A stretch of DNA of 64,000 nt from Candidatus Bathyarchaeota archaeon (GTDB taxonomy: Archaea > Thermoproteota > Bathyarchaeia > Bathyarchaeales > Bathycorpusculaceae), in contig CAVYXJ010000007.1 of NCBI GenBank assembly GCA_963772455.1, positions 384,001 through 448,000 on the forward strand. Reading direction: 5' to 3'. The position numbers were made by a program, and so were the translations under genes. The stretch's first letter is position 1, and each line of letters opens with the position of its first letter. The notes beneath the pieces are model-generated. The model did not search any database and was not told the DNA's origin. It saw only the letters and a program-made list of their open reading frames with translations. This document shows, piece after piece, positions 29,164-39,318 of the stretch.

Positions 29164-30416
29164 CTCAGCGTAGGCTGAACCGTGAACCATCCACTTTGGA
29201 TGAGCTTAAAGCGTTAGCGCAAGCCGCTGGTTACATTGTAGTCGGTACGATGGAGCAAACAAGACCGCCCGACTCACGCTACCAGATCGGTGCGGGCAAA
29301 GTTGAGGAACTCGCCCGAATGGTTGAAGAAACAGGCGCAGATAAAATAATTTTTGACAACGTCCTCCGAACAATGCAAGTATACAATCTAGCAAAGGCAA
29401 CTAAAGTTGAAGTTATCGATCGATTCCAACTTATATTGGAAATCTTTACTAGACGAGCCACGACAACTGAAGCCCAACTACAAATTCAACTTGCATTAGT
29501 ACGACATGAACTCAAACATGCAAGAGAAAAAGTCAGATTGTCAAAAGGTAGCGAGCAACCTGGCTTTATGGGTCTTGGCGCTTATGAAGGAGACGTTTAC
29601 CGAGATGCCATTAAACGACAAGTTCAAACAATCCTCAAAAAACTTGAGAGAGTACGTGAAAAGAGGGTTCTGCAACGTGAAAGAAGAACGGAACTTGGTT
29701 TTCTCACAGTATCGCTTGCAGGATATACGAATTCGGGAAAAAGCTCCCTATTCAACGCTTTAACGGAAGACACCGTTGAAGTGGACAATGCATTATTCAC
29801 GACGCTTTCAACCACGACTCGTATGATAGAGTTTTCTAACCGCAAATTCCTCATAACCGACACTGTTGGCTTCATCGATCGCTTACCCATATCACTCATT
29901 GAAGCTTTCCATTCAACACTTGAAGAAACCATCTTTTCTGATCTGATAATAATTCTATTAGACTTAAATGAGCCCTTAGAAACAATCAAGAAGAAAAACA
30001 ACGTTTGCTTAGAAACAATTGAGCGTCTTGGAGCATGCGCGATACCTACGATAACTGCACTTAACAAAATTGACAAACTAACTGAAGAGGAAAGTCTGCA
30101 AAAACTTGAAGCCCTCAAAGATGAAGTAAAAAACCCAATTTTGGTTTCAGCAAAATGCCAAACTAATCTTGACGATCTTCGAAAACAAATTTTGCGAATT
30201 TTGGAAAATTATCAGCAAGCCCAGTTTTCTGTGCCATTAACTGGAAAGGCTATGCCGTTTATATCGTGGGTTCATGGAAAAACCCATATTGAAAAAGAGA
30301 CCTTCACAAATGAAACAGTTGAGGTGTGTTTTGAATCTACTCCTTCGCTGGTTGAGCAAGTAAGAAGAAAAGTGGAAGAATTAAATGGAAAATTCCAAAT
30401 CATCCCCCAAAAGTAA
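29148..30416 (+). CDS. hflX: GTPase HflX
   Basis: IGAGK, DRFQLILEIF, GYTNSGKS, LFTTL, DTVGFI, NKID; frame is open from ACG at 29148 (first canonical start is TTG 29196). Confidence 0.93.
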   Translation, partial: TKAIIAQRRLNREPSTLDELKALAQAAGYIVVGTMEQTRPPDSRYQIGAGKVEELARMVEETGADKIIFDNVLRTMQVYNLAKATKVEVIDRFQLILEIFTRRATTTEAQLQIQLALVRHELKHAREKVRLSKGSEQPGFMGLGAYEGDVYRDAIKRQVQTILKKLERVREKRVLQRERRTELGFLTVSLAGYTNSGKSSLFNALTEDTVEVDNALFTTLSTTTRMIEFSNRKFLITDTVGFIDRLPISLIEAFHSTLEETIFSDLIIILLDLNEPLETIKKKNNVCLETIERLGACAIPTITALNKIDKLTEEESLQKLEALKDEVKNPILVSAKCQTNLDDLRKQILRILENYQQAQFSVPLTGKAMPFISWVHGKTHIEKETFTNETVEVCFESTPSLVEQVRRKVEELNGKFQIIPQK

Positions 30417-30972
30417 TGAACCTAAGATTGTGGTGTTGCGATGGGGACATCGACCACAACGAGATGTGAGGTTAACTACTCATGTTGCCTTAACGGCTAG
30501 GGCACTTTGTGCTTCAGGCTTTATACTATCCGACACACTTGATGTTCACATTCAAGAAACGATAAATAAAATCACTCAGAGTTGGGGTGGAAACTTTTAT
30601 TTTGAAATGGGTACTTCTTGGAAAAAAGTCGTTCGCGAATGGAGAGACAACGGCGGAGTTATAGTGCATTTAACGGCTTATGGCGAAAACATTCAGACAA
30701 GCGACATATTAGACCGAATAAAAAAAACAAACAAAGACCTTTTACTAATCGTTGGAGCTCAAAAAGTTCCTGGCGAGTTTTATTCAAGCGAAGTCTCAGA
30801 TTTCAACATATCAATTGGAAACCAACCACATTCAGAATGCTCTGCCCTCGCAATTTTTTTGGATCGTTACTTTGAAGGTAAAGAATTAGCCAAATCTTTC
30901 GTGAAAGCTAAAATCGAGATTGTTCCCAAAGAGCGGGGTAAAGAAATAAAGAGCAACATTGATTTTCCTTAA
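30385..30972 (+). CDS. trm56: tRNA (cytidine56-2'-O)-methyltransferase
   Basis: LRWGHRPQRDVRLTTHVALTARA, VHLTAYG, NQPHSE. Confidence 0.93.
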   Translation: MENSKSSPKSNEPKIVVLRWGHRPQRDVRLTTHVALTARALCASGFILSDTLDVHIQETINKITQSWGGNFYFEMGTSWKKVVREWRDNGGVIVHLTAYGENIQTSDILDRIKKTNKDLLLIVGAQKVPGEFYSSEVSDFNISIGNQPHSECSALAIFLDRYFEGKELAKSFVKAKIEIVPKERGKEIKSNIDFP

Positions 30973-31038
30973 TGTATTGGGAAGGGTTTTATTACCTCAT
31001 GTATCAATATTAGGGGTATTAAAAAGGGACATTAGAGC

Positions 31039-31551
31039 ATGTTATCAACAATTGATGATTCAACTTTAACAAAAGTGGCGATAGCGTTAGGTGGAGAAGA
31101 AGCGGTTCAACTTATAGCTCATTTGAAAGGCGTAGAAGAAATAACTGATGACGAAATTGCCAATAAGACGGGCATTCGACTTAATTCAGTGCGCAAAATC
31201 CTCTACAAACTCTATGATCATTCTCTTGTAAGCCTTCGAAGGACAAGGGATCCAAAAACTGGATGGTTTATTTTTCATTGGAAACTTCAACCAGATCAAT
31301 TGGAAGGTTTTATTTTAAGCCAGAAGAGACGTGTTTTAGAAAAACTTAATGTTCGTTTAGAATACGAAAGAAACCATGACTTCTATTATTGCGATAGCCC
31401 TGAATGTAAGCGGGTTCCTTTCGAAGAAGCGGTTGAATTGGTCTTCCACTGTTCTACATGCGGCAAGTCACTAGTTCATTTTGCAAACGAAAGAATGATA
31501 GACAAGCTTTCAGGAAAAGTTGAGATCTTAAGGAAGGAACTGGGTGAGTAG
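31039..31551 (+). CDS. tfe: Transcription factor E alpha
   Basis: TDDEIA...VRKILYKL, TGWFIFHW, Zn ribbon FHCSTCG. Confidence 0.92.
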   Translation: MLSTIDDSTLTKVAIALGGEEAVQLIAHLKGVEEITDDEIANKTGIRLNSVRKILYKLYDHSLVSLRRTRDPKTGWFIFHWKLQPDQLEGFILSQKRRVLEKLNVRLEYERNHDFYYCDSPECKRVPFEEAVELVFHCSTCGKSLVHFANERMIDKLSGKVEILRKELGE

Positions 31552-32074
31552 CGAGCTTCCGAATAGGGAGCAAGCATTAGGACTCCTCCTCAAGTACAAA
31601 TGTTCACCACAAGTCATTAACCACTGCATAGCTGTTGCAGATCTTGCTGTGGAAACTGCGGGCAAACTTGAAGAAAAAGGATTTAAAATTAATATTAAAC
31701 TTGTTGAGGCAGGTGCACTTTTGCATGACCTTGGACGTTCACAAACTCATACTATCGACCATGCAATTGCAGGTGCCAAAATCGCTCAATCCATAGGGTT
31801 ACCTGAAAATGTCATCAGGATTATCAAGCGGCATGTTGGCGCCGGAATAACAGCCCAAGAAGCACAGATGTTGGGTTGGCCAAAAGATGTTTACGCTCCT
31901 CAGACACTAGAAGAGAAAATTGTTTCCTTCTCCGACAAATTAATTGACAAATCGCGAAGAATGCCGATTGAGACGGAAATTGAAAGGCTGCAAATTAAGA
32001 ATAAGCATCAAGCAGCAGAAAGAGTTAGAAGACTAAATAATGAAATAACCAGTTTACTGGGCGAGGAAATATGA
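31544..32074 (+). CDS. HD-domain protein (TIGR00295-like)
   Basis: LLHDLGRS, RHVGAGI, PQTLEEKIV. Confidence 0.88.
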   Translation: MSSELPNREQALGLLLKYKCSPQVINHCIAVADLAVETAGKLEEKGFKINIKLVEAGALLHDLGRSQTHTIDHAIAGAKIAQSIGLPENVIRIIKRHVGAGITAQEAQMLGWPKDVYAPQTLEEKIVSFSDKLIDKSRRMPIETEIERLQIKNKHQAAERVRRLNNEITSLLGEEI

Positions 32075-32844
32075 CTAAGTTAACGTTACTAGTTAAAGCT
32101 TCAAACTTGGGGCAAGTAAAACAGATTGATGAATTACTAAAAACCCAGTTCGCAGATTTGGACGTGCAAGTGGAAGTTTCAAACAATTCCACTAACAGAT
32201 GGGTTCAGGTTTCACTTTCAGGTGAAGATGAAGCAATAGCTACCAGTTATATTAAAAAAGAAATAGGCACATGCCCCACAAGCCTTGAAAACGCCAAAAA
32301 TTACCCTGTTTTGAAAGGATACATTTCTAAACTTGACTTAACTAAGCAAGAGTTGAGTGTTGATGTTGGAATTTTTGAACCAAAAACAATTCTAGCCTCC
32401 GTACCTTTAGCGGTTTTGCAAACTCAATTGGTTGAAGGCAGGAAGGTGGATTTGAAGAAAATCGCTGAAATCTACGGTTTAGCTGAGCGTTCACCGTTGA
32501 GTGTAATACCAGGTTCTCCAATAAATGAAGAAGTCGGAGAGTTACAGGTGGAGTTGGCTGTGGAGCAGGTTGAGAAGCTCCATGATTGGCAAAATTCTCT
32601 TTTGGATAGGTTAATTATTTTGGGCGCTTCTTTGGAAACAATAGAGAATGTGCTTGAACGGACGCGTTTGAATCGAGATGTGATTGAAATCGAATCGTTG
32701 GGAATGTTTGAGCATGCCTTAACTTGTAAGTTAGGCACTAATGCTGCTGGTTTGGTCTCTATTGTTGGAAGGTACCTAAGAAACTCGGTGTTTGTAGTTT
32801 TTACTGCCAAAAAAAGTTTTGATTTCTTGGCTAATAAAGGTTAA
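32071..32844 (+). CDS. DUF2110-like protein
   Basis: GEDE, VDVGI, LGMFEHALTCK; conserved position after tfe/HD genes. Confidence 0.7.
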   Translation: MTKLTLLVKASNLGQVKQIDELLKTQFADLDVQVEVSNNSTNRWVQVSLSGEDEAIATSYIKKEIGTCPTSLENAKNYPVLKGYISKLDLTKQELSVDVGIFEPKTILASVPLAVLQTQLVEGRKVDLKKIAEIYGLAERSPLSVIPGSPINEEVGELQVELAVEQVEKLHDWQNSLLDRLIILGASLETIENVLERTRLNRDVIEIESLGMFEHALTCKLGTNAAGLVSIVGRYLRNSVFVVFTAKKSFDFLANKG

Positions 32845-32911
32845 CTTCAGGCTTGTTTACATAGATTTCCGATTGCATCCATTTTCAAGTTTTAAAGATT
32901 ATTTATGGATT

Positions 32912-33106
32912 CTATAGAACATCATGTTCTTCTTTGCAGTGCGAGTTATAGTCTTCTCGGTTATCGTAAACTTCTTGGTCGATTGGGCATCTAAACTTCT
33001 TTTCATTTGTCATTTCTGGTTCAGGAATAGTAACCCGTGGTGCAGTGTGTTTGCAGTCATTATCTCTTTCACAACCGCAACCGCATTCATCTTCTCGTTC
33101 AGACAA
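32912..33106 (-). CDS. Small Cys-rich protein with a C2H2-like finger
   Basis: GGAGGTG SD; CGCGC; FRCPID...HCKEEH. Confidence 0.65.
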   Translation of the reverse strand: MSEREDECGCGCERDNDCKHTAPRVTIPEPEMTNEKKFRCPIDQEVYDNREDYNSHCKEEHDVL

Positions 33107-33289
33107 TCATTCTCACCTCCCAACAAAACTAAGCTAAAAAAACAATAATTCAACTTGACCGATGGTTATTAAAAATATGTGACTACACTCACCCACCAAC
33201 CAAAATTAAAAAAACCGTAAGCCCTAACATCTTAGGGACAATACATAAATCTAAAAAATAAGTACTCTATAGATAACAAGGTTGTTTTT

Positions 33290-34546
33290 ATGAAAAAAAT
33301 TTTTGTTGTTATAACTTTATCGATCCTTTGCTTATCAATAGCTCTTTCTTTTACAGTTAACGCTCAACAAACAGATTCTTGGCCAATGTTCCATAAAGAC
33401 GCAACCCATAGCGGCTACTCAACCACCACAGGACCTAGCACAAACCAGACCCTTTGGGTTTTCAACACCAATGGCTGGGTACTATCTTCACCCGCAGTTA
33501 CCAACGACGTAGTCTATTTTACTTCTTCTGACACAGGATATTTCCATACTTCAAATAACAATATTTACGCTTTAAATGCTAAAGATGGCTCTAAAATCTG
33601 GAACTACTCAGTTAGCGCGAAAATTTATACTTCCCCCGCTGTTGCAGACGGAATGGTTTTCTTTGGATCAGATGACAAAGCCATCTATGCACTAAACGCT
33701 ACGACTGGCGATTACATTTGGAAATGCATAACAGACGGTCAAGCAGAGGGTATCCCAACTGTCTCAAACGGAATACTTTATGCTGGCTCAAACGATGGTA
33801 AACTATACGCTTTTAATGATGCTCTGGGTATGCCAATATGGAACTTTACAACTGGAGGCTTCGTTACCTCTGGTCCTGCAGTATCAAATGGCGTAGTATA
33901 TTTTGGTTCGTACGATCATAATGTTTACGCTCTTGATGCATTGACAGGTGCCAAAAAATGGAGTTACACCACCGGAAACGTTGTTGCTTCTTCCCCCGTC
34001 GTTGCTAATGGAAACGTTTACGTTGGCAGCTTTGATAACATGACATACGCATTAAATGCTGACACTGGAGCTTTGGTTTGGAAGGTTAAAAACTGGCTAT
34101 GACCAATGTGTTCAGTCATCTCCTGCTTTTGCCAATGGTGTAGTCTACACTGGTGGCGCTTTCGACAAGAAAGTTTATGCCTTAGACGCTGCAACTGGAA
34201 CGGAGAAATGGACTTATACGCTTGACGAAGGCTTAACGACGGCTCCTGCAATCATAGGTAACACAGTCTACGTTACTTCGACATTAGGAAACAAAACTTA
34301 CGCTCTCAACGCAGACACAGGCGATTTCATATGGAGCTTCCAAACAGGCAACTTCATCTATTCTTCACCTGCAGTGGTCGATGGAATCGCATATTTTGGC
34401 GCCTACGATGGGAACTTTTACGCAGTCGGTCAATCAGCAACAGCTCAGGCTCAGGATTATCAAACACTGTTTACTACGTTATTGTCATCGTAATCTTAAT
34501 TGCAGTAATCGCTGCCGCAATTGTTATTCTTAGAAAAAGACATTAG
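33290..34546 (+). CDS. PQQ-like beta-propeller membrane-anchored protein, two apparent frameshifts (~34085, ~34440)
   Basis: Signal peptide, WPMF, repeated SSPAV..G.VY.GS.D..YAL.A.TG...W, C-terminal TM + RKRH. Confidence 0.85.
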
Positions 34547-34645
34547 AAAATAATCCTTTCAACCCTTTCTTTCTTTACTTTTTTTATTGTTAATTCAAAT
34601 TAATATTCTTAGAACAAATACTGATATTGAACACTTAACAAACTA

Positions 34646-35530
34646 TTGCTAAAACCGCGTGGAAGATTGGATAATTCAATTATAGACAAAGCGATCGATT
34701 ACGAAAAAAATGGACTAAATAAAAAACAAGTCGATAATGCAATTAATTGCATTAAGGAGTTTAGAACAAGATTTCCATTCACTGAAAATCCCAAATTAAT
34801 ATCTATGCTGAAAGCGGACGACATTTTTAAAGAAACCTCAGATGAAGTTGGAGAATTTTTTCATTATACAGAATATTATTTTAAACCTTTGGGGCATTCT
34901 ACAGTTCGAGACTCAAGTCTTTACCGCAATATTAGAGCACAAATTGAAGATTTCAAGAACTTACTTAATATTGTCGTTGACAAGAAGAAGTCTTTAGCCC
35001 AAAAAGTGGACGCAAATTGGGGGAAAATTAAGGGTTTAGGAGACGACAAGCAACTTGCTAAAAAAATTGTTTTTTGCTTCAACTATGAAAGCGGCAAAGT
35101 CCTACCAATCTTGAGTGTAAGCCATTTGAAACATTTCCTTGGCAAAATAGCAGATAAACCAAGCCTTCTAACAAAATATTGTACACAGGGCGAGGAGTAT
35201 GAGTGTTTAACTTCTGAGTTGTTAAAAGCTAAAAATCATTTGCCAATTACACAAAGTTGGGAAATCACTTATTTCGCCAGATTTCTGTATGAAAATTATT
35301 CTCCTCCCGATAGAGAAATAGCTGCAACTAATTTGTTTGGAGAGAGAAAAAGCAAAAATGTAGTTACACGAGATCAATTGGAGTTGGGAGAATTCGTAAA
35401 TTTGCTTGGAGAATTGCAAAGAAAAGGAAAAATTAGCGGTGAACAGTTTAGGATAAATCGGGAACTGTGGATGAATCAACCTCAAGAAAGAAACTCATTA
35501 ATCAAGAGACTAAAAGCACAATTATTCTAG
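34646..35530 (+). CDS. Hypothetical protein (HhH-like IKGLG motif, SHOCT-like C-terminus)
   Basis: 294-aa open frame; family uncertain. Confidence 0.55.
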   Translation: MLKPRGRLDNSIIDKAIDYEKNGLNKKQVDNAINCIKEFRTRFPFTENPKLISMLKADDIFKETSDEVGEFFHYTEYYFKPLGHSTVRDSSLYRNIRAQIEDFKNLLNIVVDKKKSLAQKVDANWGKIKGLGDDKQLAKKIVFCFNYESGKVLPILSVSHLKHFLGKIADKPSLLTKYCTQGEEYECLTSELLKAKNHLPITQSWEITYFARFLYENYSPPDREIAATNLFGERKSKNVVTRDQLELGEFVNLLGELQRKGKISGEQFRINRELWMNQPQERNSLIKRLKAQLF

Positions 35531-35566
35531 AACAAACTTCAGATCCCAATGACATAGTAGTTTATT

Positions 35567-35644
35567 TGGTGGGCCGAGCCGGACTCGGACCGGCGACCTT
35601 TGGCTCGTAAAGCCAACGTCCTAACCAGGCTAGACGACCGGCCC
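35567..35644 (-). tRNA. tRNA-Val(TAC)
   Basis: GGGCCGG/TCGGCCC acceptor, TTGGC-TTTACGA-GCCAA anticodon arm, encoded CCA; T-loop reads TCCGAGT. Confidence 0.93.
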
Positions 35645-35917
35645 ACAGAGGTGTTTGAATAAAGGACAGCATTGGTTAATATTAGAATTTTGTTTCTGAA
35701 ATGGTAATTATTTGAATATGTTACAAATAAAATGGATTGGTTTACTTTTTTGCAAAAAGTTACTGGCAATGATTATTTGGGAACCTTGGAAGATGAGGAT
35801 ATAATGATGATAACACTTCTGGAATTTGCGTTTGGGTGTTATCTTTCAGAAATAAACCTGGATGATACAGTTTTCTCCTTCAAACAAGCAGCCTCCGACT
35901 TTAGCCTATCTAAGAAC

Positions 35918-36133
35918 CTAAATGGAGCAAGGGACAGTGGCCAGAGAAGATGCTGCTGATGCTGATGCTGCTGCACAAGCATTTTGCACAACGATTGTTG
36001 CATCTTTCAGAACAATCAATAAGTTGTCATTGCCTTTTGCTGGATAAGTTGTTGTTGTTGTTGCAATTGTTGTTGCAACTGCACACCACGCATGGGTTGC
36101 AACAATCACAGAATTTAAACTATAATTAAACAA
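35918..36133 (-). CDS. Ala/Thr/Ser-rich low-complexity small ORF
   Basis: GCA/ACA/TCA codon runs: VATTIATTTTT, ACAAASASAASS. Confidence 0.35.
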   Translation of the reverse strand: MFNYSLNSVIVATHAWCAVATTIATTTTTYPAKGNDNLLIVLKDATIVVQNACAAASASAASSLATVPCSI

Positions 36134-36160
36134 CTTAGCTGTAATTTGAAAGATAGAGTC

Positions 36161-36490
36161 TTATTTTGAAAGAATTTTTCTAAACAGGTAGATGATGATT
36201 GCTGCGTTGATTATTACTCGGAGGGCGTTTATCCAGACTTGGGAGTAGATTAAGATGCCCATGCTTGTGCTTAAGGTGTAGATTAAGGTGAATAAGGCAA
36301 AAGCAAGACGCCATTTTTTCATTGACAGCAGAGCTGGAATTGAGATTGCCCAAAGCGCGATTTCTATCCAGTTATTTAGATCTTGCATGTCACCATTTGC
36401 AATCAAAGTAATCATTAAAAAGACATTAATTACCATCCAAAACGCGATAGCAAAGAATAATTGTGGTCTTTTGGTTACTGGTTGAGCCAC
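36161..36490 (-). CDS. Small 4-TM membrane protein
   Basis: Four hydrophobic helices. Confidence 0.65.
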   Translation of the reverse strand: MAQPVTKRPQLFFAIAFWMVINVFLMITLIANGDMQDLNNWIEIALWAISIPALLSMKKWRLAFALFTLIYTLSTSMGILIYSQVWINALRVIINAAIIIYLFRKILSK

Positions 36491-36645
36491 GAGTTTTCCT
36501 CAAGGTTTCATTTATTTGGAAACTGCATTTATTATTTTTGGTCAAGCAAAGTAGATACCCAACTTGATTCAGTTTGGGTTAAATGGGGAAATTTTAAAAT
36601 GCAAAGCAACAGAGTAGAGTAATCTACTGCGGGAGAACCAACGAT

Positions 36646-37971
36646 TTGGAACTAAAGAATTTTAGAGCGCTCTTACATGCCCACTACCAGTTAATTGGGG
36701 TTCTCATCGCAGCCTTCATCGTTTTGGCTTCCATGGGAACTTATACTAATTGGGATGCTCAGACAGAGTTTGAAGCAGCCTCATCCGTGGTTACCCGCGG
36801 TTTTCCTTACGTTACAACTGGCTTAATGATTGATCAGCCGCCATTTGCCTTCTACATGACCGCGCCAATTATGCAGTTATTCGGCTTGTCCTACACTAAC
36901 GGTGTATTTTTTGTATCTGCTTTGGGACTTGGCTGCGTAGCTATCATTTACGCTTTAGGCACCTTATTGTATGGTAAGAAAACGGGGTTGGTTGCAGCGG
37001 CATTGTTTGGGCTGGTTCCATGGCAAGTGTTCATGGCGAGAACCTATCTGATTGATGTTCAATACATGTTTCTGGGTTTGCTGTTTTTATTTGTGGGAAT
37101 TTATGCTGTAAAACGGAATTCTGAGAAGCTTTTGGCGGTTTCAGGGGTTTTGTTTGCGTTAGCATTTTTAACAAAGTTGTTTACAATTTTCCTGCTTCTT
37201 CCTCTATTGTTAACAGTTTTGCTTAAGGGAAAAGAAAATGGATTCAAACTTACTTTGAGAAAAATCCTAATTTTCTTAGCGCCATCATTCATTTTTCAAG
37301 TCATATGGTTTGGAGGATTTGCAAACCAACATTTCTTCGGGGTTTATGTTGCAAGCGACTTTACTCATCCTGATTTAATCGCTAATCCTTCTTTGATGTT
37401 CTTGCCAAGAATTTTTGTCGAAAGCGCAGGATGGTTCTTAATTGCTGCGGTTATTTTCTCACTTTTATTAGCAGTTTCCTATAAGCGTTTTTTTGCGAAA
37501 ACGTTTTGGGCGGATGCAGTTTTTGCCATAACTATTTTAGTGGTTGTAGGAGTGGACCTTACTTTAGTGTTCGGCAAGAATTTGCTAGTCCCTTATGTTA
37601 GTGCCTTCAAATACAATTATGCCGCTTTGCCATTCCTATGTTTACTTGCAGCATCTTTAGTGAATAAAGGTCAGATACTATTCAGCTCTATTGTAAAAAT
37701 GAAAATAAAGCTAATTCTTGCTGCTTCGGGGTTTATTTTATTGTTTGCTTCGTTGCTAGAAAGTATTTTGTTTCTCAATCATACCCAACCTTATCCGCTG
37801 ATTGATTTCAAAGTTGATTATGTCGGCCATTATTTCCCATTTTACGTTTTAACGCCTATTGGCAGCTATTTCCAAGAATGGCATTATGTTGCTGCAGCCA
37901 TTATTTTGTTTAGTTTTGCGGCCCCTTTCATTGTGAAATCTTTGAAGAAGTCCTTTGGCAGCTATCAATGA
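36646..37971 (+). CDS. GT-C glycosyltransferase (ArnT/PMT-like)
   Basis: NWDAQ, DQPP, RTYLID, LAFLTK, many TM helices. Confidence 0.8.
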   Translation: MELKNFRALLHAHYQLIGVLIAAFIVLASMGTYTNWDAQTEFEAASSVVTRGFPYVTTGLMIDQPPFAFYMTAPIMQLFGLSYTNGVFFVSALGLGCVAIIYALGTLLYGKKTGLVAAALFGLVPWQVFMARTYLIDVQYMFLGLLFLFVGIYAVKRNSEKLLAVSGVLFALAFLTKLFTIFLLLPLLLTVLLKGKENGFKLTLRKILIFLAPSFIFQVIWFGGFANQHFFGVYVASDFTHPDLIANPSLMFLPRIFVESAGWFLIAAVIFSLLLAVSYKRFFAKTFWADAVFAITILVVVGVDLTLVFGKNLLVPYVSAFKYNYAALPFLCLLAASLVNKGQILFSSIVKMKIKLILAASGFILLFASLLESILFLNHTQPYPLIDFKVDYVGHYFPFYVLTPIGSYFQEWHYVAAAIILFSFAAPFIVKSLKKSFGSYQ

Positions 37972-37994
37972 TTTTTTTCAATTAATCTTGAAAT

Positions 37995-39200
37995 CTAATT
38001 GTTTTTTGATTGCCTTTTTGAAAGCAGAAAAACAATAATTGAAATAGCCAATAGAAAACTAAGGAAGAGAAACATTCCGGTATAACGAAGGTTTGTTGCA
38101 AAAATTAAGCCACTCACAATGGGTCCAAGCGTCTGCCCAATGTCCATTGTAGTGGACAGAAAACCCATTGAAGCACCCACAAGTGACGCTGGAACCAAAT
38201 CACAAACACAGGGCGAAGTTGAAGAGAGCACAGTAGCAAACGAGACCCCATAAGCAATCGCTAATAGAAGAAGCACTGGGAACTGAGAAGTAAATGGGAT
38301 TGCCGAAACTAAAATGACGCTGGCTACGATTCCCACAATGATGGGTTTAATTCTGCCCATCCTATCAGAGATTCTTCCGATTAAAGGTCGAGCAACAACC
38401 AACGCCACGATCTCGCTACCCGTAATGATTCCAACCGAAAAAAGATCCAACTTTACAACGTCAATTAAGTATCCCACAAGAAAAAACTCAACAGACCCAA
38501 AAGCAAAGTATTGGACTGCCTGAACAAAACTAATGCCCAAGACTTGTGTGTTCTTAATTAAAGCCAACCATCCGCTAAAGATTTTTCTTGGCAACTTATC
38601 AACTTGCGTTAGCTCAACTCCAAAGTTTTTTCTCTCAGACAAAAACAATAATGCAATTACAAATGCAGTTACACCAGCAATTCCCACCGCAATGTAGATG
38701 GTAAAGAAACTTTCTGAGGTTGCAAAAAGGATGTAACCGCCCAAAAACGGTGCCAAAGCCCTGCCTACTGCGGTTGCAGAATTGAAAAGGGACATACGCT
38801 CTCCACGCTTAGTTGGAAACAATGTTGCAATTGAGGCTTCAGCCACTGGAATAAAGATTGCAGTTGCAAACCCATGGTAAAACCGCACAATTGCCAAAGT
38901 CCACCACGAATTAACCCCTAAATACAAGAAAGGAGCAGAAGCAAAAACAAAAGCGGCAAACAAAAGAACTTTTCTACGACCAAAAACGTCGGAAAGTGAA
39001 GCTGCTGGTAAACTGATTAGTATACCGGGAATAGTTGATGCTGCAGCAATGATACCCAGCAAGTTGTCAGGTGTTCCAAGGCTGGTGGCGAAGGGTTTTA
39101 ACACGGGATTTTTTGACATGGTTGAGCTAAGGATTGCAAATAAGCCCATTATGCATATTATTAGAAAGAAGGCTCTTTGTGTCCATTTAGATCTAAGCAT
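37995..39200 (-). CDS. MFS transporter
   Basis: LSDVFGRRK and GRISDRMGR motif A, ~12 TM. Confidence 0.92.
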   Translation of the reverse strand: MLRSKWTQRAFFLIICIMGLFAILSSTMSKNPVLKPFATSLGTPDNLLGIIAAASTIPGILISLPAASLSDVFGRRKVLLFAAFVFASAPFLYLGVNSWWTLAIVRFYHGFATAIFIPVAEASIATLFPTKRGERMSLFNSATAVGRALAPFLGGYILFATSESFFTIYIAVGIAGVTAFVIALLFLSERKNFGVELTQVDKLPRKIFSGWLALIKNTQVLGISFVQAVQYFAFGSVEFFLVGYLIDVVKLDLFSVGIITGSEIVALVVARPLIGRISDRMGRIKPIIVGIVASVILVSAIPFTSQFPVLLLLAIAYGVSFATVLSSTSPCVCDLVPASLVGASMGFLSTTMDIGQTLGPIVSGLIFATNLRYTGMFLFLSFLLAISIIVFLLSKRQSKNN

Positions 39201-39318
39201 GCTACAGTCAAAATGAAAGCGTAATAAAGAACTATTTTTTGTTTGCTATCTTTGAAAAGAAGTGGTTTATTAGGGGTGTTTTCTTTCTGTTTAAGAGTTA
39301 ATTGTTGAAGGAAATAGA

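Noticed and set aside
33222-33237. CCCTAA-N4-TTAGGG inverted repeat (telomere-like hexamer)
   Set aside because: Single 6-bp arm pair; may be an operator but cannot be distinguished from chance
33400-34430. Repetitive DNA that could be a CRISPR or tandem array
   Set aside because: Degenerate in-frame beta-propeller repeats; no identical repeats with spacers and no cas genes in the window
32850-35566. Integrated element at the tRNA-Val 3' end
   Set aside because: No direct repeat of the tRNA 3' end and no integrase found by eye
35732-35959. 75-aa plus-strand ORF
   Set aside because: No recognisable motif and it overlaps the low-complexity tract; unsupported
35950-36120. Plus-strand Cys-rich frame with in-frame TGA (CC*C*CCC...CCCCCNCCC) suggesting a selenoprotein or metallothionein
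   Set aside because: TGC/TGT/TGA are the codon-aligned reverse complements of GCA/ACA/TCA on the other strand; the frame also has a TAA and no SECIS was recognised
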